Origin: Eledone cirrhosa
Taxonomy: Eukaryota
Reading direction: 5' to 3'
DNA length: 64,000 nucleotides
Assembly (NCBI GenBank): GCA_964016885.1
Contig: OZ024746.1
Location: 16,430,001-16,494,000 of the forward strand
A program made the position numbers and the translations under genes. The notes under the pieces were generated by a model. It saw only the letters and a program-made list of their open reading frames with translations, ran no database searches and was not told where the DNA came from. Positions 1-43,469 of the stretch are shown piece after piece. How positions within the stretch are numbered: the stretch's first letter is position 1; each line of letters opens with the position of its first letter.

Positions 1-297
1 AGGTGGCTGGATTGGCAGAATTAGTAGAGTGTCACAGTAAATGTTTAGTGTTATTTAAATCTTAATGTCCTGTACCACATGGAATTGCATTATTTGCAAG
101 ATATTCTTGAAAAGTATAGAACAACATGGTCACTGCATCACATTAAAAATTAAAGCTTGGGCAGAGCTAATCTAGGGTTATATAACAACTGCAACAGCAT
201 CTTCTACCACAAATATAACCAGCAGCTACAAAATCCTTTCTACCATTGAATAACTTTCACATAATCAGAACTACTACCATGTCTCACACAGCCATAA

Positions 298-488
298 CCA
301 CTACCATCACATATGTCACATGACCACAACCACTACATCTCTCACTTAACCACTACCACTACCATCACATATGTCACATGACCACAACCACTACATCTCT
401 CACTTAACCACTACCACTACCATCACATATGTCACATGACCACAACCACTACATCTCTCACTTAACCACTACCACTACCATCACATAT
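298..488. repeat. 58-bp tandem repeat, about 3.3 copies
   Basis: CTACCATCACATATGTCACATGACC... recurs at 301, 359, 417 and 475. Confidence 0.9.
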
Positions 489-520
489 CTTGATCCTTAT
501 TTTTTAATGTTTTTTATCAG

Positions 521-29931
<29,411 letters not shown>

Positions 29932-29986
29932 CATTGACTAAGCAACCATATTTGGAAGGGACAAGCACTTATAATATTACAGAAAC

Positions 29987-30002
29987 AATAAAACCAAATA
30001 AA
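29987..30002 (+). terminator. Tandem AATAAA polyadenylation signals of DNAI7
   Basis: AATAAA at 29987-29992 and 29997-30002, about 55-70 nt after the stop codon. Confidence 0.55.
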
Positions 30003-30212
30003 ATCGACTTCAGATTTAGTTATTTTATCAAACTAGAATGGTGGACTTCTATTTTATTTCCTCAGTTTATGAATCTATGATTCATTTCAATTTGTCAATA
30101 ACAAACAAAATGGTGGACTTAATCCAGAAAAGATCAAATTTTTGCTAAACAAAAAAAAAAAAAATAGATTTATAAAATGAAATAATCATTTTGTTAAAGG
30201 ATGTTCATTTCT

Positions 30213-30218
30213 TTTATT
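30213..30218 (-). terminator. AATAAA polyadenylation signal of NDUFA9 (second candidate at 30053-30058)
   Basis: tttatt on + about 70 nt beyond the NDUFA9 stop codon. Confidence 0.5.
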
Positions 30219-30285
30219 TACAAGTCAAGAAATTTCCAATCATCTAATTAGTCAGAAACAGAATACAAGCTATCAATGTGTGGCT

Positions 30286-33200
30286 TTATGCTACAATAGG
30301 AGGTGGTACAGGTTCTGAGAATTCACCAATCTGGTCATAGTAGTATGAATACATTCGGAAGGGTTTTAACTCAAATAATGCACGGTCTTCAATTCGAGTT
30401 AGTTTTACTCCTAAATCTTCTAGTGTAGGGCAGCCTGTGGTGACATCTGTTATATGCTCCTGGAAAAAAAGTCCGAAATAACATGTGAGTATTTGTTTTT
30501 AATAAAGATATCAAGTACTACATTGATCACAATATTGTGGTTATATAAACAATCTCAACGTCTTACCATAGGGGTTAGAAGTTCATACTCTACCATAGGC
30601 AGCTTGGCCAGCTAAAATAATAGACCTTAATATTTTTTCAATAGTTGAGTAACAAGGTGAACTACTTCTTTACCCAATTATTCCTGGGAGGGTCTTGGGG
30701 GCAGAGATAGATGAACTTCACCAGCTTCAGTGAAACTACACTCACATGTAGAGTACACTGTGCGGTATTCCTAGAGAGGACAAGTGTTTCAGTCTTCGCA
30801 GCACTGATTTTCATTCCTGCATGTTGGAGAAAACCATCTGAAGAGTTTAGTCCACAAATTCCAGCTGACTGATCCTACACCCACCAGTCTCGATACCACT
30901 TCCAGCCCGGCTGTGCATGTCAATCCTGTCCATGAAGATTATGAACAGGAGAGATAACAGTATGCACACTTGGCAGAGTCCAATACCCACATTGAATGGT
31001 TTCGACTTAGCTTCTTGTTTCTATATGAATGCCCTAGTTTTAGTGTTCAGACAATGTGAAGTCAGAAAACAAAATCTATGATTCATTTCAATTTGTCAAC
31101 AACAAACAAAATGGTGGACTTAATCCAGCGCTTGTTTTAACATGTCCACTTGGCCCTTAGTTGCTTTTAATGGAGTCCATTGTTTCAAGTATTGAGGTGA
31201 GGCCACTAATTTCAGGACACCTCCTGTCTCCATCTTAGCAGTTTCAGAAGCCTTAAAAGGTGTCCCTGATGAGGCAGTAAAAGAGAAAATCACATACAGC
31301 CAATAATTGAGGAATGTGTTTAAACTAAGAAGCTCCTTATGATTCAAATGAGTAACAGGACCCCATTAAAACAGGTTTGTTGTCTACAAACATCTAACTC
31401 TAGGATATGATAATATTAAATTAAAAAATTATCAAACTTACTCGCTCAAGTTTTTCAAAGTTCAAAATTGGGTTACTAGGTACATAGGAGAAAGCATAAA
31501 CTTTGGCTCTGAAATAAAATTCATAATAGATTTTTAAATTTAATAAATTAAAGCTTGCTAGATTTGCATATGGTGAGATATAGGTTATGGAGGTGTATGG
31601 AAAATATAATGAAACAGAATATGGAAGTAGTTGAATGTTTTATCATCATATTAAACTGCTTTCCACGGTATGGGTTCCATATATGTTCATTATTTGACAT
31701 GGTTTCTATGGCTTGATGCCATTTCTTATGCCAGGGTGTAGTGGCTATATTTTATCAAAGAAACAGCTCTAGAAAGATTGTTACATGTTCATCCAAAATG
31801 AGGGATATCCATTCAATCACCATCACTGCAGACTAGGGGGAGAGGTCATCTGCACTCTGAGCTGGTCGTAAAATCGCTCGATATACAGATGTATTCTCAT
31901 CAGTTCCAACGGGTAGCAGTGACGTGAATGCACAATCTCGAAAAAGAGGAAAAACTCCAAAACAATTGTCAATTGCTTTTTCTCAGCTACCACTGGAACA
32001 AGAAGGTGCCCATCATCTAACACATGCTGTTTATAAGGCTGTTTGCTTGCAAACCGAATATTAATAACATTATATTATTATTCACTCACAAATACATTTA
32101 GATATCCACCTAAACTTGGTTTTTTCTAAATAAATAAATCATCATTCATCATCATTTCATTTTACGTCCACTTTTCCCTGCTTGCAAGGGTGGGACGGGA
32201 ACAGACTCTGGCTTGATTTCTACAGTTGGATGCCCTTCCTAACACCAACCTCATTTACAGTGAGTGCTGGGTGCTTTTTTGCCGTGGCACCTCCACGACC
32301 ACTTTGCAGTGGAATGATAGGGACCGCAGTCCCTATCATCCCATTTCTACAGCTGAGGAAACTGGAGCAATGTGAAATAAAGTGTCTTGCTCAAGGAAAC
32401 AACACACCACCCGGTCTGAGAATTGAACTCACAACCTTTCGATTGCAAGGCCAATGCTCTAACCACTAAGCCATGTGCCTCCATATAAGTTAAAACAATG
32501 AAATAAAAAATCAAGTCATTAGAGATATACTTCACTGCTTTACGATCGTTTCTAGATGATGATAATACATTGTAGCTATACTCAGTTATTGATCTATGTA
32601 AGGTTAGTTCAAACTATCAGATAAAGAGAATATTTACTTACATGCATATCACCAGCTGTTTTCAAAAGCAATAATAATTTTATTCAGAATTAGTAGTATG
32701 TTAGTATCATGTTCTTATTTGGAGGTAGTTGAAGAACTAACGAATCAAATTGTTTTTTTCATATGGTGTTAAGATGAAAAGTAATATACTTTAGTTGAGG
32801 TCATGACTCTTTGAAAGGAATGGTTGAAGGGTGTTAATAGTAGAATTGGCATAAAAATCTATTAGGAGGAAAGGGATTGTCAAACTGATAGTTGAATGTA
32901 TCTGGTATAGTGAATTTAAAAGGAATGTCAAAATAAATGGTGATTAGTGATGTATTGAGTTTTAAGGTGAATATAAATTAAGGAAAGATAGTATATTAAA
33001 AGATGAAAATTATAATACTGTATTTCATTATCTTATTATAATTTTCATCTTTTAATATACTATCTTTCCTAGCCATAACCTTTATTTATATTCACCTTAA
33101 AACTTTACAGTGTGGACTGGGAGGTTTTTACCGTGTTACCTACACGACCACATTACAGCGTGGACTGTGTGTTTTTTTTTCGTGACACCTACACGACCTC

Positions 33201-36200
33201 ATTTATTTCGGACTGGATGTTGTGGTACCAACATAACTTAACTTTACATCGAAAGGGGTGGGGGTCATCATCGTTTATAGTATATAAAGTAGATGAAGAA
33301 TAAAAAGAAATAAAACTCACAAGAAGACTGGAGTTATTGGAATCCTCTTGTATCCCCTCCATCGCAGGATGCTATAGAAATAATCCATCAAGTCAGCAAG
33401 GTAGAAACGGTTGGGGCTGCAAATGTTGAAAACACAACATAACATTAGAACTTTATAAATCTACAACCATTTTAACACTTTCATAGCCATATCTATATAT
33501 ATATAAAAACAAAAATTACTGTCTGTATGCAGGCGATGCATAGTTTCCATCCAATTTTGTTCAAATTTGATACATAGGTTATTCAGCTCCCAGAGCATGT
33601 CAACATATAGTTTAAATCTTATTCTCCCCCAAAATAGCAAAGTTTGGGGGCTATTTAAAGGTGGCCGCGTTGAGGAGGGGTGGGAGGGGTCCATTGACAA
33701 TGGTGAAAGGTGTGCCCGGCAACGATGAGCTCTTTTGCTAGTTCCTAATAAAATACTTAGTCGTTTATTTAATTAATAAATAATTTGGAGGTATTTACTA
33801 AATTTATTATTTATTTCCTGATATAGAACAACCAACAAGATCCCAGACCTCATTTGCTTACCGAGTGGGGTGGAATTTGTCAAATTGAATCAAGGAAACA
33901 ATGTTTCCATTGCTATATATATAACTTAAAAGTTTTTCAATCAGATTATGTCGGGAGATCTTAATTTAAATCGGAACTCTAAAAATGAGTTCCATAGAAC
34001 CAAGGCCAGTTAAGGCTATTTCCCTTGTTAAAGCAGGAGTTAGTCTTGTGGACCCTCATTGAGTACTTTTTAACTCTTTTTATAACAACCTGCCCAAAGC
34101 TGCCTCTAATTTAAATTAATATCTTCCAGAATAATTTTATTTAAGAACCTTCAATATGTTAGAAATACCATCTTAATAACTGGAATCATTTTAGTAAATC
34201 CCTCCAAATTCTTCATTAATTAATTTAAATACAGTGTATTTTATAAGAAAGAGGAAGAAGTGGTGGGGGGTGAAGATGTGATGGTGGTAGGGAAGATGTA
34301 GTGGTGGCGACAAAGATAGGGGAACAATAGTGATAGTGAAGATGTGGTGGTGATATGGAAGATGTGTGGTGGTGGCAAAGATGGGGGGGGGGGGGGGGGC
34401 TTGGTAGTGGCAGCGAAGATGTAATGTGGTGGAGGGGAATTTGCGATGTGGAAGGTAACAAATTAATGCTGGTTGCATCCAAATTTACGAAACAAATACC
34501 CAAGAGGGAGAGAAAAGATAGTATAATAAAAGTCTGAAGGACAGACCCAATAGCTTCATAAGTTTCTCCAATGGAAGATGGATCTTTGATAGCATTCATG
34601 ACACCGTCAGCTACGTCAGTTATCTGTGAAGACAGTTCGGAAAAGTTAGTAAAAATAGAAGAATGTTGATAAGGCATTCAATTATACAAACAACTGTGGC
34701 AAGAATTTACGTAAAAGTCTGAAATTGTAAAACTATCCAAACTAAGATAATATATGGAAGTAACAATACAAAAAATATAAAACCATAAGTGATAGGTGTT
34801 CATTACGATGGTGGGGCTGGTTTGGATGTGATGCATTCACAGATGTGCTCATCTCACAATTATGATGGAAAGTTTTTAAATAAATATAAACACATTACAA
34901 CAACATTCTGTATCACAGAATTAGGGAGAGTTTCAGGCAGTTAAGTATCAAAAAGATTAAACTGTATTGTGCACCTAGGTTTTACAAAGGATGTGGTATA
35001 GACCTGTTACATACATCAGAAATATTATAGGACCATACACACACATGTATAACATATAATAGAACCACACACACACAGTGATGTGTAAAATATTATGGAA
35101 CCACAGACAGACACACACATACACAGATATTGTCTAAAATATTTCCCATATCAGATATTGAATGTAAAACTTACAAACACTGGCGCTTTGATTGTTTCAT
35201 TGCCTTTCTTCCATAGGGGGACACAGCCCCTACCACGACGCCCTGGAGAAACAAATATGAAATAAGGTCATTTCAATGATGAGGTGGAGTGATAAAGAAG
35301 TGCTACTGGGTGGAGGGGGGGTGATGAATCAGTGTTACTGGGTGGGGTGGGGGTGATGAACCAAGGTTGCAAGATGATGGAAGAACATTTCTGATAATGA
35401 ATAATACCAGAGATTTAGAAAACAATATTAACTCTTAACATTCTGTAATGATTTAGCAGAAACTATCTCAAAACGGGATCCCAGGGGAAGATGAGGGTAT
35501 AGTATGTATTTTATTGCCAAACAAAATGAAACAAGTTACTTACATCCATCAGCATAATAACGCAAGAATCGGTCCTCAGAGCCGTACATGTCTGAAGGAC
35601 GGAAGATGGTTGCATCAGGAAATTCTTCTCGTACTGCTAACTCCCCTGCATGCTGAAAGACAGAATAACAACCACTGATGAACACACTGGGACAGATTGT
35701 TATCAGAGAGGGTGGCTTTTATTGAAGATCTGGAACATATGAGTAATACAAGGTCACTTTGACCTACTTGTTCTTGAACATGATAACTCATGCTGGTGTG
35801 GAAAATGGCTGTAAAAACAATGATGATGGTTATCTATAGGACAAGGAACACGATACTTATAAGCCTGAAAGTTGGGACCTGGCTTGGTTAACAAATATCT
35901 TTCTGAAGGACACAATAGAAACCAAACCACAAAAATATTTGTGGTTTGGTTTCTATGGCTGGATGGCCTTCCTAATGCCAACCACTTTACAGTGTGTACT
36001 GGGAATATTTTATTTTGACATTGGCATGACACTTTACAACGTGTACTAGGTGCTTTTTGTCATGGCACCAGCACTACCACCTTACAGTGTGGACTGGCTG
36101 CTTTTTGCTGTGGCACCAACACTACTACTTTACCAAGATGAATTAGGTGCTTTTTGTTGTGGCACCAGCACTGCGAAATTGGCAACAAAGTAGGTATGAA

Positions 36201-39200
36201 GAAAGAGTAGATAACTAAGTAGAGCCATACTATTAAACCATACTAGTGAAGACAATTTGGTGGAGATCTTTTATGTTTTTTATACAGCTGTTCATACAAT
36301 TATTTCACTTTATTGAAGCCCTTTAAGTGATAGTAGTATGGAAAAGCAACTATTTCAAAACAATACAGTCCATTATATATACTAACCTTGGCTTTTAAGA
36401 ACTCAGATCCTGTCTTCATAAAAATCTTCTGGGGATCTGGACCAGCATTAAGGGAGGAAAAATGGATAAGTCTTTCTACACCACACTCCTTGGCAAGACG
36501 AGCAATTTTGCGTGCACCTTCAACGTGTACATCATTAAATTTATAGTTCCTGATAACAAAAAGATGAATTACAGTCATATAAGGTGGGGAAATTCAAGGA
36601 AATATTGTCATTATTGTAGTTCTATTTAAATTTTAGGTGACAAATCACTACTGACCCTAGTTCAAGTTATCTGGTAGATATAGAGGTAGCATTAAACTAC
36701 TACTGACCCTAGTTCAAGTTATCTGGTAGATATAGAGGTAGCATTAAACTACTACTGACCCTGGTTCAGGTTATCTGGTAGATATAGAGGTAGCATTAAA
36801 CTACTACTGACCCTGGTTCAAGTTATCTGGTAGATATAGAGGTAGCATTAAACTACTACTGACCCTGGTTCAAGTTATCTGGTAGATATAGAGGTAGCAT
36901 TAAACTACTACTGACCCTGGTTCAAGTTATCTGGTAGATATAGAGGTAGCATTAAACTACTACTGACCCTGGCTCAGGTTATCTGGTAGATATAGAGGTA
37001 GCATTAAACTACTACTGACCCTGGCTCAGGTTATCTGGTAGATATAAAGGTAGCATTAAACTACTACTGACCCTGGCTCAGGTTATCTGGTAGATATAAA
37101 GGTAGCATTAAACTACTACTGACCCTGGCTCAGGTTATCTGGTAGATATAAAGGTAGCATAAAATAAAGTACCAGTAATGCACTGGGTAATTGCTGGCCT
37201 TGTGCCTAAAGTAGAAACAATTAAATTACATATATTTATATGTATGACACATCAACCTACTGGCCTTCCATTAAGTGAATAAGGGATGAAAAGTAAGACA
37301 GGTTGATATATATGTGTCAGTTTGTCTAACTAATTTATGTATATATGTGTATAATTAGGTTTTGAATATTTTAAATAATCTGGGCACAAACCAGATTTCA
37401 CATTCAATGTGGTCACCTGGTTTATGAGATGAAATAGAAATACAGTGCAATCCAACGCCTATTTATATATATCACATTAGTAGTGTAAATACAAGAAAAA
37501 AAATTATTGGTCAATTGAAACACAATTACTGAGTAAACTCATGCTAGCGTGGAAGATAGACATATGATGATGATGATGATGAAATAAAAGCAAAAGATAA
37601 CGATTTTTGTATATCATCTGTTAACTGCATAACAGCTGTTTCTGCAAGAATCCTGCTCACAGCAGACGGCAACACTAAAATAGCTCAAGTGTAGAACCTC
37701 TTGATGCCTCTTCAGGGGCTTCAATAATAGAAAGGTTATTTTAGATACATACCGTGTCTCCCAGTCACGACTAACCAAATTGATGACAACATTGGAATAC
37801 TTCATCACTTTCCTAATAGATTCCTCATCTTTCAAACTGTATGGCTATCAAACATGAGAGAAATCACAAGTTATGGCAGACACAGAAGGGAATTTACAAC
37901 TGCTCTACTGTTATTTATAAAAACTTACACAATCAACAATAAATTATATTTTTGACTTAGTTAAATGTGATTAGAACAGTAGTTATATGGACCTGTAACT
38001 TCTGATGAAGTTGTGGGGATGCTGTGATGACATACAGTGCATCTTGAGTATTTTAAACTTGGCAGAGCCGATCATTGAATGCTGAAGCTGGTGCATTACT
38101 GTATCAGCTCCAGCAATTATTGCACGAAATTCAGCCTCCTTCTTCCATTACTCATGAACATAGCCACTACTACTCCAAATCGAGAGATCACTGCTTCAAT
38201 ATTATGGACATGTGGTTAGAATGTCTCAGGTTTTACAGGTAAAACCACCTGGCAGGAGACCCAGGAGTAGACCCTGAGCAAGATGGTTGGATACCATCTT
38301 TGAGCTTAGCTGGTCTCACTTGGGAATCCAGCCAGATCAATTGGAGACAGTTGCTTCTGACAGGACCCATTGGAAGGAATGTTCTGCACCCATGACCCTC
38401 TCAGGAATAAGTGGGCAAAAAAGAAGAGCCCATGACCTCTCCAGATCACAACAGGTTAAAATCCTAAGATACTTTATCAAGCTCCAGTCACAGTAGAACA
38501 ATAAATACTAACATCTAGATATCAAATAAGAACATTTCAAAGAAAACCAAACAAACAAATTTAATAATTTTTTTTCTAAATATTCAAATTTAACAACTGA
38601 GAAGATGCAGAAAGTATATAGAATATACTTACAAAGAAGAGAACCTGTCCAAGGTCACCACATAGTTTAAGTCGCAGCACTTCAGAAGCCTCACCTCTGT
38701 ATGGTATAATGACTTGGGAGCCAATCTTACCTATAAAATATTATATTTACTGATAGCAATGAATATATCAACCTGGCCAAAACCAGATCTGGTTTTATGA
38801 AACAAAATAACCCATTTTAAAGAGTTCCTATTTAACCCTTTTGATACCAACCTAACCGGCCCAGGTTCTATGAAACAAAAACCACCCATTTTAAAGTACT
38901 ATTTAAACCAAAATCTTTCAACACATTTTTATACAAAAACTGCATGTTAAATTGCTATCTTAGAAATGAAATCATCATCATCAGTTTGGTTTTATTGTGG
39001 GAGAAGCACAACCGATACCATCTTCTGAGTGAAACAATAGAGGTACCTTTTTAGTGGCTGAAACAACCTTTCTAGTTGGCATCACAAAGTAACACACTCA
39101 GTACCCTCTGTTAGGTGGTGAATGAACAGACTGAAATAACAGTAAAGAGAACCTTCGGTCCTGTCAAGGACTTGGCAATCTGTTGACGCCATGATAAAAT

Positions 39201-41689
39201 GCACCCAGTACAAGCTATAAAGTGTTTGGCATAAGGAAGATATGAGCAAGACATGGTTCTCTGACCAGTCTAGTCTCAGACTGTGGCAACCCATCAAACC
39301 AATTCCAGCTTGTAAAGCAGATGTAAAATGATGACAGAGCCCTTTCATGAGCAATGCTTCCAAAGTCATCACTAAGCATTATTTACCAACAACTACAATT
39401 AGCCTCAACAGATTTTATCCAATCAAATAATTAAACATTAATTATTAAATTGGCAGTATCGGTAGAGGGTCGGACGCCATGCTTTGACGCATCGAGTTAC
39501 GGCCCTTGCCATTCTGAGTTCAAATCCCGCCGAGGTTAACTTTGCCTTTCATCCTTACGGGGTCGATAAAATAAAGTACCAGTAATGTACTGGGTATTTG
39601 CTGGCCTTGTGCCAATAGTAGAAACAATTAATTATTAAAGAAAGAATTTTAATTTTTTTTTTGATTTTGATTTGATAAATAAAATTCGAAGAGGCAGGTC
39701 GAATCTCGCGATGGGACAAATGGACAACAGGAGGATCTTCAGAGGAAGAACTTCAATTTACTGATGTCTTAACATGAAACTGCATTAACAAGACATCCTT
39801 GAAAATTAAAAATAAACAGCACTACATCACATTAAAAGTTCATTTGTAAAAAAATGACAATTAAAAAATTGACAACTCTATTTCATTTTCTGCTAAATCA
39901 TTACAAGATTTAATTAACAAAATTAGTTGTTGATGTTTCAATTATGTTTAAAAGTAATTAAAATCAATTAATAAAACTGGTTACTTTCAAAGTTAATTGA
40001 AATATAAGCAATGCATTTTTAAGAAACAATTCAATAATAAGAAAGAAAAGTTTCCCAGGAGAAGAACACATACCAAGTTTATTGACAATATGTTTCCCTA
40101 AAAATCCAGTTGAACCAAACACTGTTGCAACAATCCCACTGAATGAAGAACGCCCTCCTCGTCCTCTCTTAATTGCTGCCAACGAACCAGAAGTGGCATT
40201 TCTTTTATGAACATAAACACAGCCAAACACTGGAGGGACGTGCTGTCCTGAAATTGAAAAAAAAAGGAAAAGGAGAAATTTAGACAAATTGAAAGACATA
40301 TTTCAAAAAAGGAAATGAAAACTACAGCTCACGTTCCTACAAGTTTAACACCCCTGTAGGTTTCTCAGATATCCTAATGAAAAGGACTCTGGTCCTATCA
40401 TGAGAAGCAACATGAAATGAAGCATCTTGTTCAAGAACACAACACACAGTAAACGATAATCATATATTTACATGCTTTTATTGAAAAACAATTATATATT
40501 TTGGACAACTGAATCTCACCCTTATTCACTTCAAGCTGTATAAGATCCAAACTTAATGTTGACAGAAAATATTTTTTTAATGAATTTTGTCTGTTAGTCA
40601 ACATCAAAATTGTGACGCACATATTCAAAAAAATTACTGGCTATTGTTTCTAGCACTTTATTCAGCCAGTAAGAAATCAATGATTCAATAAATAATATCT
40701 GCATGGCATTGTTTTATAAGTGTCTAGCTTTGAAACTGTCCCAGTTTAGATCTTGAAAATTGTAGTAAACTTATGGAGTTTAATGACTGTGGAGTTTCAC
40801 CACTGTATTAACAGGATATATCTTTCTATTTTTTGCATACAAACACATTAATATATATGTATATAGTTTTCAGCACAAAATATTTTCAAATTAGATATTT
40901 GCAATGACAGTAAAGTTTTCCTTTATTTATTGTAAATCTTGTGCGAAATTGAAAGTAAACCTACGGCTTGTGAAAGTTCAATAAATAAAACTATAGTTTA
41001 CAAATGTGAAAACAATGTCTTACTCCAATATCAGCTATAATATCAATATTAACCATATAATAAAAAGCATGTTGTGTTGTTATACACAACAGAGAGAGGG
41101 TGAGATTTCAGTTGTGTTAAAACAACTGGATAAAAAACATTAAATGAGAAATGGATGAAATATCGACTAAAAACAAATATGAATTGGTTGGTATATGAAG
41201 CAGAGAGATATATGAACTGTCAATTGTGAAATATAAAATAATTATCCAGAAATATTCATGAACTTCACTCTCACAACACATGTAATGACCTTCAAATTTC
41301 GAAAGATTCTGAACTATAATGGAGATTAGACGAATTAGAGTTAAATATTCTCGGCAATATCATCTTGCTTTAAACAATTAATTAATTCGAACCTGAAAGT
41401 TAGTTGGAATTTGAGAGTTGAAAGGAATTAAGTTGCCGAAAATAAGTGAATGACAATCGGTGAAAGGACACAATAATAATAACAAGTAAAAGTTAGGTTG
41501 AGAGGACGAGAAAGATTAGTCAAATTATGGCCATCATCGATGTAGTTAGATAGGATATAATAAGAGAGAGCTGTATACGGTTTATGGCCATTCAAAATAG
41601 TTGTATATATATAAATATACATTTAAATAACAATATTACAAACCAATTTGTCTCAGCTGGACAACAGATGCCCTCGAGATGGCTGCCAT
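30286..41689 (-). CDS. NDUFA9: NADH dehydrogenase (ubiquinone) 1 alpha subcomplex subunit 9, complete, 11 exons, about 387 aa
   Basis: Exons (minus) 41689-41644, 40247-40074, 38730-38633, 37844-37753, 36549-36387, 35652-35544, 35242-35175, 34623-34547, 33416-33321, 31508-31442, 30459-30286. Mitochondrial presequence-like [14 protein letters not shown], then [66 protein letters not shown] and PTLEDLGV. Confidence 0.96.
30675..31015 (-). mobile_element. RTE-like reverse transcriptase fragment
   Basis: Minus strand reads [27 protein letters not shown], a decayed GxRQGCxLSPLLF motif. Confidence 0.6.
32958..33104. repeat. Long AT-rich palindrome (37-bp perfect inner arms plus 21-bp outer arms)
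   Basis: 32981-33017 is the exact reverse complement of 33034-33070, and 32958-32978 pairs with 33084-33104. Confidence 0.9.
33492..33741 (+). mobile_element. Short non-autonomous Helitron-like element
   Basis: Starts TC-TATATATATAAAA after an A. Ends with an imperfect hairpin GCCCGGCAACGATGAGC about 10 nt before CTAG, followed by T (A|T insertion site, no TSD). Confidence 0.65.
36645..37160. repeat. 52-bp minisatellite, about 10 copies
   Basis: Unit ACTACTACTGACCCTGGTTCAAGTTATCTGGTAGATATAGAGGTAGCATTAA. It abuts a SINE-A tail at 37161-37223. Confidence 0.95.
39450..39626 (+). mobile_element. SINE family A
   Basis: Near-consensus copy with TSD ATTAATTATTAAA at 39437-39449 and 39627-39639. 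Confidence 0.85.
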
Positions 41690-41935
41690 GTTGCCAAGTC
41701 AAAAGTGAATAGAAACACCGACAAAGATTTTATAAACATTATAGAAATATAAATAAATAAATATTATAATTAATGTTATCACATTTTATTCACATAGATG
41801 AAAATATAATACATATAAATATACGATTGTGCAATAAAATATATTAAAATATTTATTTTTCGCCGTGAATATATTCACATCGATATAGTTGTCTGTATAA
41901 CAACTTCCGGTGGATATGTTATTCGTAATTAGACG
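41690..41935. promoter_or_regulatory. Putative bidirectional promoter for NDUFA9/TXNL4A, including a probable non-coding first exon of TXNL4A ending at 41935
   Basis: The NDUFA9 ATG at 41689 (minus) lies in a YY1-like CAACATGGCAGCC context. ETS-type ACTTCCGG at 41903-41910. Strong donor G|GTAAGT at 41935/41936 on +, which could pair with the acceptor at 44736. Local CpG enrichment. Confidence 0.6.
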
Positions 41936-42270
41936 GTAAGTACTTATTTAAACATATATTTATATCTCTAAACATTAATTATTTTGGTTGGGTAGACATG
42001 TTAAACAAAATCCCACTCTCTCTCTATATATATATCTGTATGTGTATAATTGATTATCGATTAATACCAGAGTAGCTGTATACACGAAATAATATCTACA
42101 TCTACCCCGTGCAAGTGACATTATTGTCATAATTTGTATATTATAGATGAGATAGTCCTAGGTCTGTTGTATATACAACATAAGAAACCGAAAATATCAT
42201 GATTCATTCTTTAGATTCATTGCGTATATTTCACATTAGGGATAGGGTTGCCTGCCGGCTCGAGTGTGTG

Positions 42271-42318
<48 letters not shown>

Positions 42319-43245
42319 CATACACACACACACGCACACATAGAGAGAGACTAATATATTTTTTATTGGGGAAAACCGGACTTTGAATTATCCTCTAATT
42401 CTATCTTGTTATATCTGTTTCTTTGGTAACTCTCTCTCTCTAGTTATATATACAAAATAGGACAAAGACAATGGAAAGATGATCAGTCCAATCTCCAAAG
42501 TCAACCTCTGGTAATCAGTTCAGTTTCTGTGCATGAAGGTTCATACTATTCATTCACTGCATATTGAGACATAAAAAAATAGACAGGGATAAAGACAGGA
42601 CAAGCTATGCCTTCAGGCAAATTACACAAATATAAATGAAAAAGCAAGCCAAGTGTGTCAACTGACAGAGAATGGTGCACGGGGGCTTAACCAAGGGAGA
42701 GAAAATATATAGAAAGGAGAGAAGTAGTAAAACATAGGCTGTAGTCCAACGTGCAGACAAAGAAAAATTACACTGAGACGTAGAGAAGGGAGAATCGAGG
42801 AAGCCAGACTGGGTGGTGTGATGTTTATTATATATATTTTTTTTAAAGCCAGCATGACGACGTCTATGTGTGTGAACTTCTTCGCTCACTTATTCCTGGG
42901 AGGGTCGTGTGGGCAGAGTCCTCACGTACCCCCAGTGGATCCTGTCAAAAGCAACTGTCATCAATTGATCTGGCTAGATGCCTAAGCGAGAACAGACAAT
43001 GTATCTGATATAACTCTCCCTATTCAAGACAGTTTCAGTGTTATAACGAGAACGATTATTAAGAGAACAATACCAAGTATTATTTAATAACATTTTAAAC
43101 TTAAAACAATTTCTATATATATTATTTCAACATCTTTGATCAGTTTTATACACAGCTGACGACAATGCCGTTGTGTTTAAAAATATAATAAAAATGAGTT
43201 GCCTCCCCTGATTCATTGTACCAGCAATACAAGGTTATCTTCCTA

Positions 43246-43433
43246 GGGTGGTCGATTGGCAGTATCGGTAGAGGGTCGGACGCCATGCTTTCACGTATAG
43301 AGTTACGCCCCTTTATGATCTGAGTTCAAATCCCGCCGAGGTTAACTTTGCCTTTCATCCTTATGGGGTCGATAAAATAAAGTACCAGTAATGCACTGGG
43401 ATAATTACTGGCCTTGTGCCAAAAGTAGAAACA
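43246..43433 (+). mobile_element. SINE family A
   Basis: Full copy with a 12-bp TSD GTTATCTTCCTA at 43234-43245 and 43434-43445. Confidence 0.88.
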
Positions 43434-43469
43434 GTTATCTTCCTATCCTTCTTGTGTTGTTTAATAATA

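Noticed and set aside
40320-40430. Nested small hairpins with a CTGA box in NDUFA9 intron 1, a snoRNA candidate
   Set aside because: The C box is non-consensus and the C-to-D span is only about 45 nt. No convincing H/ACA layout.
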